From Octopus sinensis (Eukaryota): a DNA stretch of 64,000 nt. The position numbers were made by a program, and so were the translations under genes. The stretch spans positions 25,730,001 to 25,794,000 of the forward strand of contig NC_043018.1 of the NCBI RefSeq assembly GCF_006345805.1, given 5' to 3'. Below the pieces are notes generated by a model that saw only the letters and a program-made list of their open reading frames with translations, did no database searches and had not been told where the DNA came from. Positions 1-12,480 of this stretch are shown here, piece after piece (position 1 is the stretch's first letter; each line of letters starts with the position of its first letter).

Positions 1-127
1 ATAATTTTTAGACACTATTTTCTGAAACTGGTAAAATTATGTAGGGGGTGCAAATTTTGATCTTGCACAACCTGAAAATTCCAAGGGGTGCAGGTGCACC
101 CGCTGCACCCCTGTTCCCGGGTCCTTG
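1..127. mobile_element. Terminus of a probable hAT-type non-autonomous element
   Basis: GC-rich end GGGGTGCAGGTGCACCCGCTGCACCCCTGTTCCCGGGTCCTTG resembles hAT MITE subterminal/TIR sequence; the other end is not in the window. Confidence 0.35.
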
Positions 128-130
128 GTT

Positions 131-368
131 GAAAACGAATCAATATGATAAATTGCTAAATGAGATCTACATTTCCACTAAATATAAGACAGCTAACATA
201 CGCGGGTACAATGGTATTAACGATGAAGCTAAACTTCTCGCTAAAATAGCAAAATCGATGATTGATTAGAATGCTTAGCTAAAAAGGAAGCTTTTATTAC
301 TTTAAAAGATCATAAACTTAATTTTCGTAATAAACCCACTTGTAGATTGTTAAACCCATCGAAGACTT
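131..368 (+). pseudogene. Penelope-like element reverse transcriptase N-terminal fragment
   Basis: Translates across a frameshift as YDKLLNE...INDEAKLLAK...[32 protein letters not shown], matching the PLE RT motif [12 protein letters not shown]...CRLINPxKS. Confidence 0.75.
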
Positions 369-664
369 AAATTATAAAAAAGAAACACACCTGCGCACAC
401 GAACACCAATGTTTGCTCGCAAATTCATATCTGTTATGTTTTTTTACGTTAAAACTTCACAAATCGCAACTTTAAGTTTCCCGCCAGTGATTCTCAAGCA
501 CTGAAATAAATAATACAAATAAAATTGTTTGTTTATACTTGACAGAAATAAGAATTGAATATAAGACTTATGTAAGCAAAAGAAAAAACCATTATTGGTT
601 TCAAGCATTTTACAGTTAAGTTCTACGTTAAACGGCGTTCAATTGTTAGATATTTGAACAAAAA

Positions 665-1305
665 TTTCAATTTCTTGTGACAAAAATTATCGGCTCAAAT
701 GAATATATGGGATAAAACGCAACTGACAAAATATACCATATTTAACTCTTTAGAAATGCACAGGTCACAACTATAGTTGCCTTGAATACAAGGCTTGGCA
801 TACTGTGATCTATTCAGCATAATTTTAATGTTTCTAATAGTCCAATATCTTAAATTCCAAATATATTTCGATAATGTGGTATTACAACGTCTTTCAAGAT
901 TTCTGAATGTATAATTAAGCTGGTTATACATTATTTTGAAAGAATTTCCTGTTAACTCGATACATTATTTAGATACCGAATCAGTAGATGTGAATTCTTT
1001 TACGCAATATATAACTGATTTATAAAAACATGAATATTTAAGGTACATTTTAAGAGGGTTTTAGAGAGTTTCATAAACAGTTATGATTAAATGTGGATAG
1101 CATTCTGAAACTTTTACGTTAGTTTATGCTTTTCCTGTAGAAATATTTTCTGTGCAGATAAAACTTATTCTGAAATCATTCATTTTGAACAGTTCATAAA
1201 ATCTATGGCTTCTCGGAAAGCATATATCTGATTAACGAGATATATTTTTAGTGAGACTTGTATACTAATTAACACTAAATGGAGAATTAAGCTATCCAGT
1301 CTCCT
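665..1305 (-). pseudogene. Penelope-like element linker and GIY-YIG endonuclease remnant
   Basis: Minus strand gives NSPFSVN, FPRSHRFYELF, ISFICTEN, then YIELTGNSFKIMYNQ...TTLSKYIWNLR...CDLCISKE, the PLE GIY-YIG C-terminus (YIGxT..FK.RY..H; LSKYIW; CxLC..EK); contains stops and frameshifts. Confidence 0.75.
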
Positions 1306-1308
1306 GTT

Positions 1309-1376
<68 letters not shown>

Positions 1377-2012
1377 ATGCCGCTACTACTACTACTACTA
1401 CTACTACTACTATTATGAGATGGGATCATCATGATCATCACTATTTTAACACTACTATCATTGTGTTGTTGTCTTCATATAATGAATCTCTACTACTACA
1501 ACTTAATACTAACTATTCATTATGATTAAAAGCTGCTTATATATCATATTATATATAATATATTATATATTATATATATATATATATATAATACATACAA
1601 TAACCATATTAATATATATATATATATATTATATATATATATATATATATTATTATATATTATATATATATATATATATACATACATACACACACTTATG
1701 TATATATGTATATATAGTTATTATTTTCATGTACAGATGAATAACCATGATATAATTATGTATATATTCGCTATATTTACGTATTTTTGCTTATGTATAT
1801 GCATAGTTCCATAGAGATACACGCTCAAATGCACGCCTAGAGTTACCTACATATACTTTCATTTCATATTCATACAAACCTTTACACATCTATATTGGGC
1901 AATAATTTATATTTTGCGTATGTGTACATATATGTATGTATGTTTATATATATATATATATATATAGTATATATAATATATATATGTATAGATATTTATA
2001 TACATATATACG

Positions 2013-2044
<32 letters not shown>

Positions 2045-2418
2045 GTATCTATCTATATATGTAAGTATATATATACATATATATATGTATGTATATATAT
2101 ATATGCATACACATGCACACGTATATTAATGGAAGTATGCTTATTCATATATGGTCTAGCGTGTACATATATACATTTATATACACGCATACAAACTGCT
2201 ATAAACTAGTAACACTGAATGATCATTAGGATATATATATATATTATTTGTATATATTTATATGGGTCTGTGTGTGTATACATCTGTAAACTACATAGTC
2301 GTGTATTGGTTAATGGTATACAGACACATAAATATATATATTCATATATATATATACATATATATACATGTATATATACATACACATATATATACATAAA
2401 TACATACACATACACACG

Positions 2419-2480
<62 letters not shown>

Positions 2481-3039
2481 ATATATATAATATATATATA
2501 TAGTACATACGTGTTACGTGTAGACTGATTAGCAGAATCATGTTGATAAACGCTATTGGATGGGTGAGACGAGCAGGAAATTTACGATTCCTTTGATGCT
2601 GTCCTCTTCAATGACAGGTAAATTGTAGAGCGGCGGGGGCGGGGATTGATAGCGTGGGGATCCAGTAGAGTGGAGGGGGTTTATCGATTGAGGGAAGAGT
2701 GTCTAATCTATAAAGAATAAACTAGATCATTATTACATCTAACTGAATTCCATATTATATACACGAACACTCAGACACAAATGCGCATGCGTCATAAATA
2801 TATATATATATATATAACTCATAATACAATATACATACATACATAATACATACATACATATATATATATATATACTTATATATTTATATATACATGTATA
2901 TATATACATACATATATATATATATATAAATATATACGCACATAAATTTATATATGTATGTGAGTGTGTGTTTATATATGCATACACATATGATATATAT
3001 AATATATATTATATATGATTATTATATGTATATATAGGT

Positions 3040-3180
3040 TCAGGCGTGGCTGTTGGCTGTTTGGTAAGAAGCTTGCTTTCTAACTACATGGTTTCTTGGA
3101 GCCTTGGGCAAGTATCTTCAAATATAGCTACGCACCGAGGAAAACCTTGCGAGTGGATTCGGTAGACGGAAATTGAAAAA
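3040..3180 (+). mobile_element. Degenerate family B SINE head
   Basis: GGCGTGGCTG...TGGTAAGAAGCTTGC...CCTTGGGCAAGT...GGTAGACGGAAA. Confidence 0.6.
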
Positions 3181-3692
3181 ATTGAAATTGTTTGTGTGAG
3201 TGTGTTTGAATCTATCTATCTGTCAGTCTGTTTGTTTGCCTGCCTGTCTGCCTGCCTATCTGTCTGTCTGTCTATGTATGTATGTATGTATGTATGTATG
3301 TATGTATGTATGTATGTATGCATGTATGCATGCATGTATGTATGCATGTATGTATGTAGTATGTATGTATGTATGTATGCATGAATGTATGTATGCATGT
3401 ATGTATATATGCATGCATGTATGTATGTATGTATGTATGTATGTATGTATGTATGTAGGTAGGTATGTAGGTATGAATGTATGTATGTATGTATGTATGC
3501 ATCTATCTATCTATCTACCTACACATACATGCATACCTACACACACAGAGGATATACGTATGCTGACAGGGGAAGTAACCGCCCCATGATCGTCTCCAGA
3601 ACCACTAGACTAAATCTAGTTTTGCTTATTCTGTAGGTTTCGTCAATTGTGACCGCTCAGACGGCCGATGGTCGGCTAATTCCATCTGCCAG

Positions 3693-3734
<42 letters not shown>

Positions 3735-4049
3735 ATATACTTACCATAAAAATGTATGGATGATTTAGCGACATGCTAATGCTCCCCCCTCCACCACCGC
3801 CACCGTCGCCGCGACCACTTACAAGCAGTTCTTATTGTGATTGCTCTACCTGCTAGACATAGTGACATATTCTGTCTCGGATCACATCCTGCCATCTCAG
3901 AGAATTCGTCGGATAATGCAAGAAACTTGCTTTGGAGTCCATGCATCTAAGCAAGAAAAAACAACAAAGTAAATAAAAAAACAAAACAAAAACAAAGACT
4001 AAAAAACATGGGCTGGTCATTGCTGGAATGTCTTTAGGATCTTTGTGGT

Positions 4050-4446
4050 TTTACTCTTTTACTCTTTCAGTCATTTGACTGTGGCGGTGCTGGAGCACCG
4101 CCTTTAGTCGAGCAAATCGACCCCAGGACTTATTTTTTGTAAGCCTAGTACTTATTCTATCAGTCTCTTTTACCGAACCGCTAACTTACGGGGAAGTAAA
4201 CACACCAGCATCGGTTGTCAAGCGATGTTGGGGGTACAAACACAGACACACAAACACACAAACACACGCACCCCCACACATACATATATACGACGGGCTT
4301 CTTTCAGTTTCCGTCTACCAAATCCACTCACAAGGCTATGGTCGGCCCGAGGCTATAGTAGAAGACACTTGCCCAAGGTGCCACGCAGTGGGACTGAACC
4401 CGGAACCATGTGGTTCGTAAGTAAGCTGCTTACCACACAGCCACTC
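4050..4446 (-). mobile_element. Family B tRNA-derived SINE (CORE-like), near full length
   Basis: Near-identical to copies at 10905, 37569 and 50187; head with GGTTCAGTCCC B-box, CCTTGGGCAAGT core, internal (TG)n and tail TGCTCCAGCA...GTCAAATGACTGAAA(GAGTAAAA)n. Confidence 0.9.
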
Positions 4447-5179
4447 ACTGTTTACAATTATCTTAAAAAAACTTTTCAATGTATCATATAAATGTAAATT
4501 TTGACGCCGAATCTGAATTTGTTATTCATTTATTCCAGAAAAACTTTGCAAAAATGTTACAGGTTTTCAAAGTTTGATAATTTTCAGAATTTTGAGCCAA
4601 TTAGAAAACAGCGCGTTCGCTGCCACTTAAATTATGAGGGCGGGGCGGGGGGCACCAGCTTGTCAAAACATTAAACTAGCTACGCGAGCAAATCAAATAT
4701 TTAAATGCTACGCACAAACAAACCAACAGGAGTTGCTAGAAATAACACTCGAAACATTAAAATATACACGAGCAATGTTAATATTAAAACATTCGCGAGC
4801 AAATTAAATATTCAAAAGCTACGAAGGAGTCGATAAGAATTGCTAGAAATAACAGTGAAAATGTTGTTTAAAATATACATTTATTAGTTTTAAAAATTCG
4901 AGAACAGAAGTTTGCAATACACTCTAGGATTTTATAAGATATATTCTCTTTCTAGTATCTACTTGTCCACATAAATTCGCAAATATAAGAGTCAACCATG
5001 CCCAGGTAGTTTCAATTTGTTGAATGTGAGTCCCATCTGTTATGAAAACAAGCAATTATAGAAAAAATGGTGGTTACACTTCTTGTGCGCATGCAAAGCA
5101 TCTTTGGTTACTATGGAAAAAAAAGTTTTTCGCAATCTGTTATGGAACACGTGGCGCTTCTTCGCTTTGGTTACTATAT

Positions 5180-5411
5180 GTTTCTTTATTACCCACAAGG
5201 GGCTAAACATAGAGGGGACAAACAAGGACAGACAAACGGATTAAGTCGATTACATCGACCCCAGTGCGTAACTGGTACTTATTTAATCGACCCCGAAAGG
5301 ATGAAAGGCAAAGTCGACCTCGGCGGAATTTGAGCTCAGAACGTAGCGGCAGACGAAATACTGCTAAGCATTTCGCCCGGCGTGCTAACGTTTCTGCCAG
5401 CTCGCCGCCTT
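5180..5411 (-). mobile_element. Family A tRNA-derived SINE (Meta/MESC-like central domain)
   Basis: Reverse complement AGGCGGCGAGCTGGCAGAAACGTTAGC...CCGAGGTCGACTTTGCCTTTCATCCTTTCGGGGTCGATTAAATAAGTACCAG; many copies in the window. Confidence 0.9.
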
Positions 5412-5426
5412 TGAAAACGCTACACG

Positions 5427-5514
5427 AATTTGGAACGCTTCACAAATTTGCGTCATCCTTGCGCAGGTGCTATGCTAATCTTTCTATCGTTCCAATTTTA
5501 GTATATGTACTGCC
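5427..5514 (-). pseudogene. U6: U6 snRNA pseudogene, 5'-truncated with damaged ACAGAGA box
   Basis: Reverse complement GGCAGTACATATACTAAAATTGGAACGATAGAAAGATTAGCATAGCACCTGCGCAAGGATGACGCAAATTTGTGAAGCGTTCCAAATT aligns to canonical U6 from about nt 12 to the 3' end. Confidence 0.9.
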
Positions 5515-5651
5515 AGATTTTGCTTCGATGAAGTTCAAAATTACTCGCTTTTGATTGGGTAAAATGCCCAAATTTTGCAAATTTTAAAGGATGATAACTT
5601 TTAATTATTCAATTCTAAATCTCTCAGAGAGATTTATGAAGTAATGATACG

Positions 5652-5834
5652 ATAAAGTAGTTGTATGCTGTCAACTTAATGTGACAGTCCCATGAAGCCT
5701 TGATACATTTCCTGTGACACAGGAAATGTGTCAAGGCTGACAGGAAGCGGTGCTGCTTCCTGGGGCTAAATAGCAGTTGTATTATTCCCTTCATGGGAAC
5801 GTCACATTAAGTTGACAGCATAAAACTACTTTAT
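5652..5834. mobile_element. Foldback MITE with ~46-bp terminal inverted repeats and two internal hairpins
   Basis: ATAAAGTAGTTGTATGCTGTCAACTTAATGTGACAGTCCCATGAAG versus CTTCATGGGAACGTCACATTAAGTTGACAGCATAAAACTACTTTAT. Confidence 0.75.
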
Positions 5835-6271
5835 AATTATTGATTTATAGGATAAAGGAATTATATTCTCATAATTTGAATACAAAACTTAATCCATGTA
5901 CCAAATTTGAAAACAAACGGAGCAAAATTGACGAAAACCACAAAGATTCTGCCTTTAATAATAGGTATGCTGGATTAGGGCTGTCACATGACTAAGCAAC
6001 AACAACAGCAATAACAACGACGATGACGACGACGACGACGACGACAACAACAACAACAACAAGAACAAGTAGGAATAGAGACAATGGAGATGATACAAAA
6101 TGTTTAGAATATCACACCGCAAAGTGGGCTCGAAGCAGATTCTTCCCTTCGAAGCAGAAGACCAGAGGCAAAACTAAAACAACAACAACAATAGCAGCAG
6201 CAGCAACAATAATAACAAGAACAACTGTACAAAAATAAAGGGAATAATGAAGAGAATGCAAGGGAGAATGC

Positions 6272-6690
6272 AAAGGTGGCGAGCTGGCAGAAACGTTAGC
6301 ACACCGGGCGAAATGCTTAGCGGTATTTCGTCTGTCTTTACGTTCTGAGTTCAAATTCCGCCGAGGTCGACTTTGCCTTTCATCCTTTCGGGGTCGATTA
6401 AATAAGTACCAGTTACGCACTGGAGTCGATGTAATCGACATAATCCGTTTGTCTGTCCTTGTTTGTCTCCTCTGTGTTTAGCCCCTTGTAGGTAGTAAAG
6501 AAATAGGTATTTCGTCTGCCGTTACGTTCTGAGTCAAATTCCGTCGAGGTCGACTTTGCCTTTCATCCTTTCGGGGTCAATTAAATAAGTACCAGTTACG
6601 CACTGGAGTCGATGTAATCGACTTAATCCCTTTGTATGTCTTGTTTGTCCCCTCTATGTTTAGCCCCTTGTGGGCAATAAAGAAATAAGA
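6272..6690 (+). mobile_element. Family A SINE tandem dimer
   Basis: Full copy 6272-6508 followed directly by a head-truncated second copy. Confidence 0.9.
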
Positions 6691-7044
6691 ATGCAGGTGT
6701 CCGACCGTCACACTGTGCGCTGTACTAGACTTAACTGTATGTGGTGGGATATGGGTGTGTGCAATATGGCCCTCAGCTAACCGTAGCGATCCTGTAGAGA
6801 CTCGGATACAACTTGCTTGTGCCAGTGCTGCCAATTGCAAGCTGCGCATACCTGATGCTAATAGGTTTCAAAGGTCGTCAAGAAAAAATGCGCACTGTTG
6901 CAGAACCTTCTGCGTTAATTAGTCCTGAAATCTGCATGTAGGGCGAGCTATAGGGTCCTCAGATAAATGCAGTGGGGTAGAGTGGCATAGGAAGTAGCCG
7001 TTTGGTCGACTGCAATCGCGCTAGATCAGACCCAAGCGGAGGGC

Positions 7045-7088
<44 letters not shown>

Positions 7089-7239
7089 CTGTACAACAAG
7101 AAGAAGGGCAACAGCAGCAGCAGCAGCAACAACAACAACAGCAGCAAGAATTATGCCTCATACAAGACACAACTGTATGTAGGGGTTACCAAGGGTACTC
7201 AGCTAATCGTAGCGGTGACATAAAGCACACACACAGACA

Positions 7240-8212
7240 TTAGGTTGCCCGGAAAGTTCTGAGCGTTTTTAAGCTAAATCATTTAACGCTTCATTGAACA
7301 CACCTGAAACGTAACACAGTTAAAACCTCAGTGTTGTTTGAATTGGTAGAGCATCTTTTCTTTGTTCCTGACTAAAAATGGATTTATCTTTCATTCCGGT
7401 TTCCCCTTATTGACATTTGAAATGGATAACCAAAAATTTCATATTTGTGTTGTAATGCATTTCTTTTTTAAAGAAGGAGAAAATGCTGCAAAGACTTTCA
7501 AAAACATTTGTGAAGTTTATGGTGATGATGCTGCTGTAGGTGAATCACCTGTTCGAAGGTGGTTTGCAAAATTTGAAGATGGAGAGTTTAGCTTGGAAGA
7601 TGACAGTCAAAGTGGAAGACCATCAAAATTGGATGAAGGTGTTTTGAAGGGAAAAATCGAAGAAAACTCAAATATCACGACTAGAGGACTTGCAGGGGAG
7701 CTGGAAGTTTATAGAAGTATGGCTCATGAACACCTAGTGAAGCTAGGATACATTTCTCACAATAATGTATGGATCCCTCACAAACTCTCAGAAAAGAATT
7801 GCTTAGACTGGTATTCCATTTGTGATATGCTGTTGAAACAGAATGAAAGCATGCCTTTTTTGAAACAACTTGTAACTGGAGATGAAAAATGGATTTAGGG
7901 TAAAAAATATCCTGGAGCTTGCATAAGGATGCTCCAAAACAGCAACCAAAGACGAATATCCATGCCAAAAAACTATGCTTTGAGTTTGGTGGGATCATAA
8001 AGACATTATTTATTATGAGCTTCTCCCACAAAACCAGACCCTTAATTCTGATGTGTACTGTTGTCAGCTAGCTAATTTGAACCCCCAAAATCAAAGAAGT
8101 GAGGCCGCAGATTTCCAACAAGTTGATTGATTAGTTGTTATTTTTTATTAAAACTTAAAAAAAAAATTTAAACTAAAAAAAAAAAACGGCGGGAACTTAG
8201 TTGCCAACCTAA
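7240..8212 (+). mobile_element. Decayed, internally deleted mariner transposon
   Basis: TIRs TTAGGTTGCCCGGAAAGTT / AACTTAGTTGCCAACCTAA then TA; transposase remnant from ATG ~7421 with HTH (VRRWFAKF, SGRPS), WIPHKL, VTGDEKWI, then stop and frameshifts; C-terminal YSPDLAP region absent. Confidence 0.9.
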
Positions 8213-8722
8213 TATAAGGTATTTCTGGGACAAGAATAAACCCATGGGTACCTACGGATGGCATCTGGCTATTCGGTCAACGGCATACGATTCCGATCAG
8301 AACAGAGGCTTCCCAGGCAGAGAAAGAAAGAAAGAAAGAGAGAGGAGAGAGAGGTGGCTATGGTGCTATAACAACCACAGCAACAACAATAGTAACAACA
8401 ACATAAATATTCACAGTAGATGAACGAATCTTCTGATAATTTCTTATCAGTATGAATTAGAAGGATTAATGGTAAGATCTACGAGTTATAAAACGTGTTC
8501 CATAAAGATAAAAAAAAACATACGAAAACAAAAAATAAAATAGAATTATAAAGTATATAGATTTATAGATGGGCCATTTTCATTATACAACAACAACAGC
8601 AACAAAAAATACCTTTCTGCATCATAAGTTATAAACCCTGCAATCATTTATTATTTTTTTTCGTTTAACAAAGAACCTCAATGGTAATAACCTCGGATGC
8701 ACGTTATTCATATTTTTTAAAC

Positions 8723-8759
8723 TAATAATAATAATAATATAATAATAATAATAATAATG

Positions 8760-8804
<45 letters not shown>

Positions 8805-8848
8805 GTAATAATAATAATAATAATAATAATAGTAATAATAATATTATG

Positions 8849-8905
<57 letters not shown>

Positions 8906-8946
8906 GTAATAATAATAATAATAATAATAGTAATAATAATATTATG

Positions 8947-8989
<43 letters not shown>

Positions 8990-9065
8990 TAACAATAATA
9001 ATAATAACAATAATAGTAATATTAATATTATGATAATAATAATAATAATAATAATAATGATGATA

Positions 9066-9096
<31 letters not shown>

Positions 9097-9104
9097 TGAT
9101 AATA

Positions 9105-9141
<37 letters not shown>

Positions 9142-9201
9142 TAATAATAATAATAATAATAATAACAATAACAATAATAGTAATAATAATATTATGATAA
9201 T

Positions 9202-9232
<31 letters not shown>

Positions 9233-9275
9233 TTAATAATAATAATAATAATAATAAAAATGATAATAATAACAA
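8723..9275. repeat. (AAT)n microsatellite with an internal duplicated block
   Basis: Direct reading; the variant block AATGGTAAT...AGTAAT...ATTATGAT occurs twice. Confidence 0.95.
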
Positions 9276-9462
9276 TACTCAAAAAAATAAAAGAGAGGGA
9301 AAAATTAAATGGAATAATAACGGAGTAAGATTTACGACAGGAAAATTGTAAAATGTTTTATCGAAATTTCCAAGGGTGTTTTTGAATGAAATATTGTAAT
9401 TTTTTCATGTTCGTGTGCCATGGAACCATACATATAAATGTATGCTTATACAAATATGCTTT

Positions 9463-10040
9463 ATGTATGTATGTATGTATGTATGTATGTATGTATGTAT
9501 GTGTGTATGTATGTGTGTATGTGTTTGTATGTATGTGTGTATGTATGTATGTATGTATGTATGTATGTATGTATGTATGTGTGTGTGTATGTATGTATGT
9601 ATGTATGTATGTATGTATGTATGTATGTATGTGTGTATGTATGTATGTATGTATGTATGCATGTATGTATGTATGTATGTATGTATGTATGTGTGTATGT
9701 ATGCATGTGTGTGTATGTATGTATGTATGTGTATGTATGTATGTATCTATCTAAGTCACTCTCGCTCTCTCCCTCTGTATCTCTCTCTCTCTCTCTCTCT
9801 TTATATATATATACATACATATATATATGTATACACATACACACATACGTACACACATATATATATATACACATACACAAACATGAATGAATAGGCAGGC
9901 GTATAAATTCATTAATATGTGAATGTACATATCTGTATAAATACATGCACATGTAAATGTATGTATGTATGTATGTATGTATGTATGTATGTATGTATGT
10001 ATGTATGTATGTATGTATGTATGTATGTATGTATGTATGC
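9463..10040. repeat. (TATG)n/(TC)n/(TA)n compound microsatellite
   Basis: Direct reading. Confidence 0.95.
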
Positions 10041-10904
10041 GTGTGTATATATGTATGTCTATACGCAAAATATAGGAGTCTGTTGAAACAGCGATTGATA
10101 TAAATCATCTTTTCATAAAATGAAAATAACATGGCAACTCGTTTCTCGCTCTCTCATCCCGTGGCTTTCGTTTATCCTGTTGTAATTATTGCTGCTATTG
10201 ACGCTGTTGTTGTTGATTTTGTCGTCGTTGTTATTGTTGTTTGCTGTGGCTATCTCACGTCTCCACAGAGTACCCCCACTGCTTAGAAAATATTTTCTGT
10301 CAGGAGTATTTGATGGAAGAAAATGAATTTTATTTAAAAAAAAATTTTATTTCTTATCACCAACAAAGGTTTTCGAAACATGTAAAATGTCCGCCATTAA
10401 TGCGTTGGGTACCCCCCCCCAAAAAAAAACAAAACAAAAAAACAACAACAAAAAGAAAAGAAAATGGAAGTGGCTTGCCTTTAGGCATTTTCTTTGTGTC
10501 CATTTACAATTGCAAACATTCACGGTGTTTTGCTATTATTAGGCTTTCGATATGAGGTCGAAGGCAGAATCCTTCGGTATTTGTTACGTCTTGTGTTCCG
10601 ACTGTCAACTTCGATCTTTATCCCTTCGGGGCCGACAAGAAGCAGTCAAATATTAACTCATTTCTCCTCTCGTAATCGTTGGTCATGTACCTATAACAGA
10701 AACCGTCATTAGTGGTACGTTTTAGTTTGGGTTCAAATTCCGCCGAGGTTGACTCGACTTTACTTTTCATCGTTTCGGAGTCAATAAAATATGAACCAAC
10801 TGAGTAAAGAGGTCGATGCAATCGACTTCACTTTCCTTCTAAAATTGCTGGCTTTGATGCCATGAAAGCAGTGTCTAGTATATTCTTTTATTCTTTTTAT
10901 TCTG

Positions 10905-11100
10905 CTACTTGTTTCAGTCATTTGACTGCGGCCATGCTGGAGCACCGCCTTGAAGTGTTTTTGTCGAGGACGTATTTGTTAAGCCTAGTACTTATTCTAT
11001 CGGTCTCTTTGCCGAACCGCAAACTTACAGCTGTATAAACACACCAACACTGGTTGTCAAGATGTTGGTCGGGTGGGGGGACGAACACAGACACAAAGAT

Positions 11101-11132
<32 letters not shown>

Positions 11133-11292
11133 GACAAGTTTCTTTCAGTTTCCGTCTACCAAATCCACTCACAAGGCTTTGGTCAACTCGAGGCTAAAGT
11201 AGAAGACACCCGCCCAAGGTCCCACGCAGTGGGTCTGAACCCGGAACCTTGTGGTTGGGAATCAAGCTTCTTACCACACAGCCACGCCTGCG
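10905..11292 (-). mobile_element. Family B SINE
   Basis: Same head, core and tail as 4050-4446. Confidence 0.9.
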
Positions 11293-11459
11293 CCACGAAT
11301 ACATTTGATGTGTTGCCGAAAGAACCATTTGAAGATGTGACACGTATTGGATTTTATGGCGGGCTGGGGTAGTTTGAAATTTATTCAACATGATACTAAT
11401 TTATCGTCAGTTTAGATCTGAAACCATGACAACGCAATTAGCAACGCCGCACAAAATAC

Positions 11460-12480
11460 TCAGCATTTTTTCAGTCTTTACGTTCTGAGTTCAAATTCCA
11501 CTGAGGTCGACTTTGCCTTTTATTCTTTCGGGGCCGACTTTGTCTTTTCATCCTTCCCGAGTCGATAAAATATCAGTTGAGCACTGGAGGTGATTTCATC
11601 CACTATATCTTCCCCGACAAATTTCAGACCTTGTGTCAATAGTAGAAAGGATTATTATTATTGTGAAGGCAGAAGGTCTAAGGCAGCGAGCTGGCAGAAT
11701 CGTTAGCGCGTTGAACTAAATGCTTAGCGGCATTTCGCCTGTCGCTACTGTTCTGAGTTCAAATTCCACCGAAGTAGGTTTTAACTTTTATCCTTTCGGG
11801 GTCGATGAATTAAGTACCATTGAAATACTGGGGATCGATGTAATCGACTAGTCCCTACCCACCAAATTTCAGGCCTTGTGCCTATAGTAGAAAGGATTAT
11901 GAAAGCAGAATCCAGCGAGATGGCAGAAACGTTAGCACGCCGGGTGAAATGCTTAGCAGTATTTCGTCTGCCGTTACGTTCTGAGTTCAAATTCCGCCGA
12001 GGTCGACTTTGCATTTCATCCTTTCGGGGTCGATAAATTAAGTACCAGCTGCGTACTGGGGTCGATGTAATCGACTTAATCCGTTTGTCTGTCCTTGTTT
12101 GTCCCCTCTGTGTTTAGCCCCTTGTGGGTAGTAAAGAAATAGGTATGTCCTGTCTTTACGTTCTGAGTTTAAATTCCGCTGAGGTCGATTTTGCGTTTCA
12201 TCCTTTCGAAGTTGATAATTTAAGTACCAGTTGCGTACTGGGGTCAATCTAATCGACTGCTTCCCCCCCCCCAAATTTCAGGCCTTGTGTCTGTAGTATT
12301 AGTATGAAGGCAACAAGCTTCGCAGTCTTAGCAGTATTTCTTCCGGTTGTTTACGTTCCGAGTTTAAATTTTGATTTTCATCTTTGCTTTTGATCCTTTA
12401 TTGATAATATAAGTTCCTATCATTTGTTAGATTCGTTTTAATCAACTTACCTTCTTCCCTCAAAACTGCAAACTTTGTGT
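11460..12480 (+). mobile_element. Head-to-tail cluster of about 5 family A SINEs
   Basis: GTTCTGAGTTCAAATTCC-type B-box/central motif recurs at ~11482, 11751, 11978, 12160 and 12355. Confidence 0.85.

Larger units (their letters stand above)
4490..5958. mobile_element. Possible Kolobok-like non-autonomous DNA element hosting nested insertions
   Basis: Right end ...CCTTTAA with AT-rich subterminal blocks; GCCAATTAGAAAA at ~4596 is roughly inverse to TTTTGATTGGG at ~5549; left TIR not recognised. Confidence 0.3.

Noticed and set aside
5264-5554. Recurrent ORF MRNWYLFNRPRKDERQSRPRRNL
   Set aside because: Antisense translation of family A SINE, not a gene family
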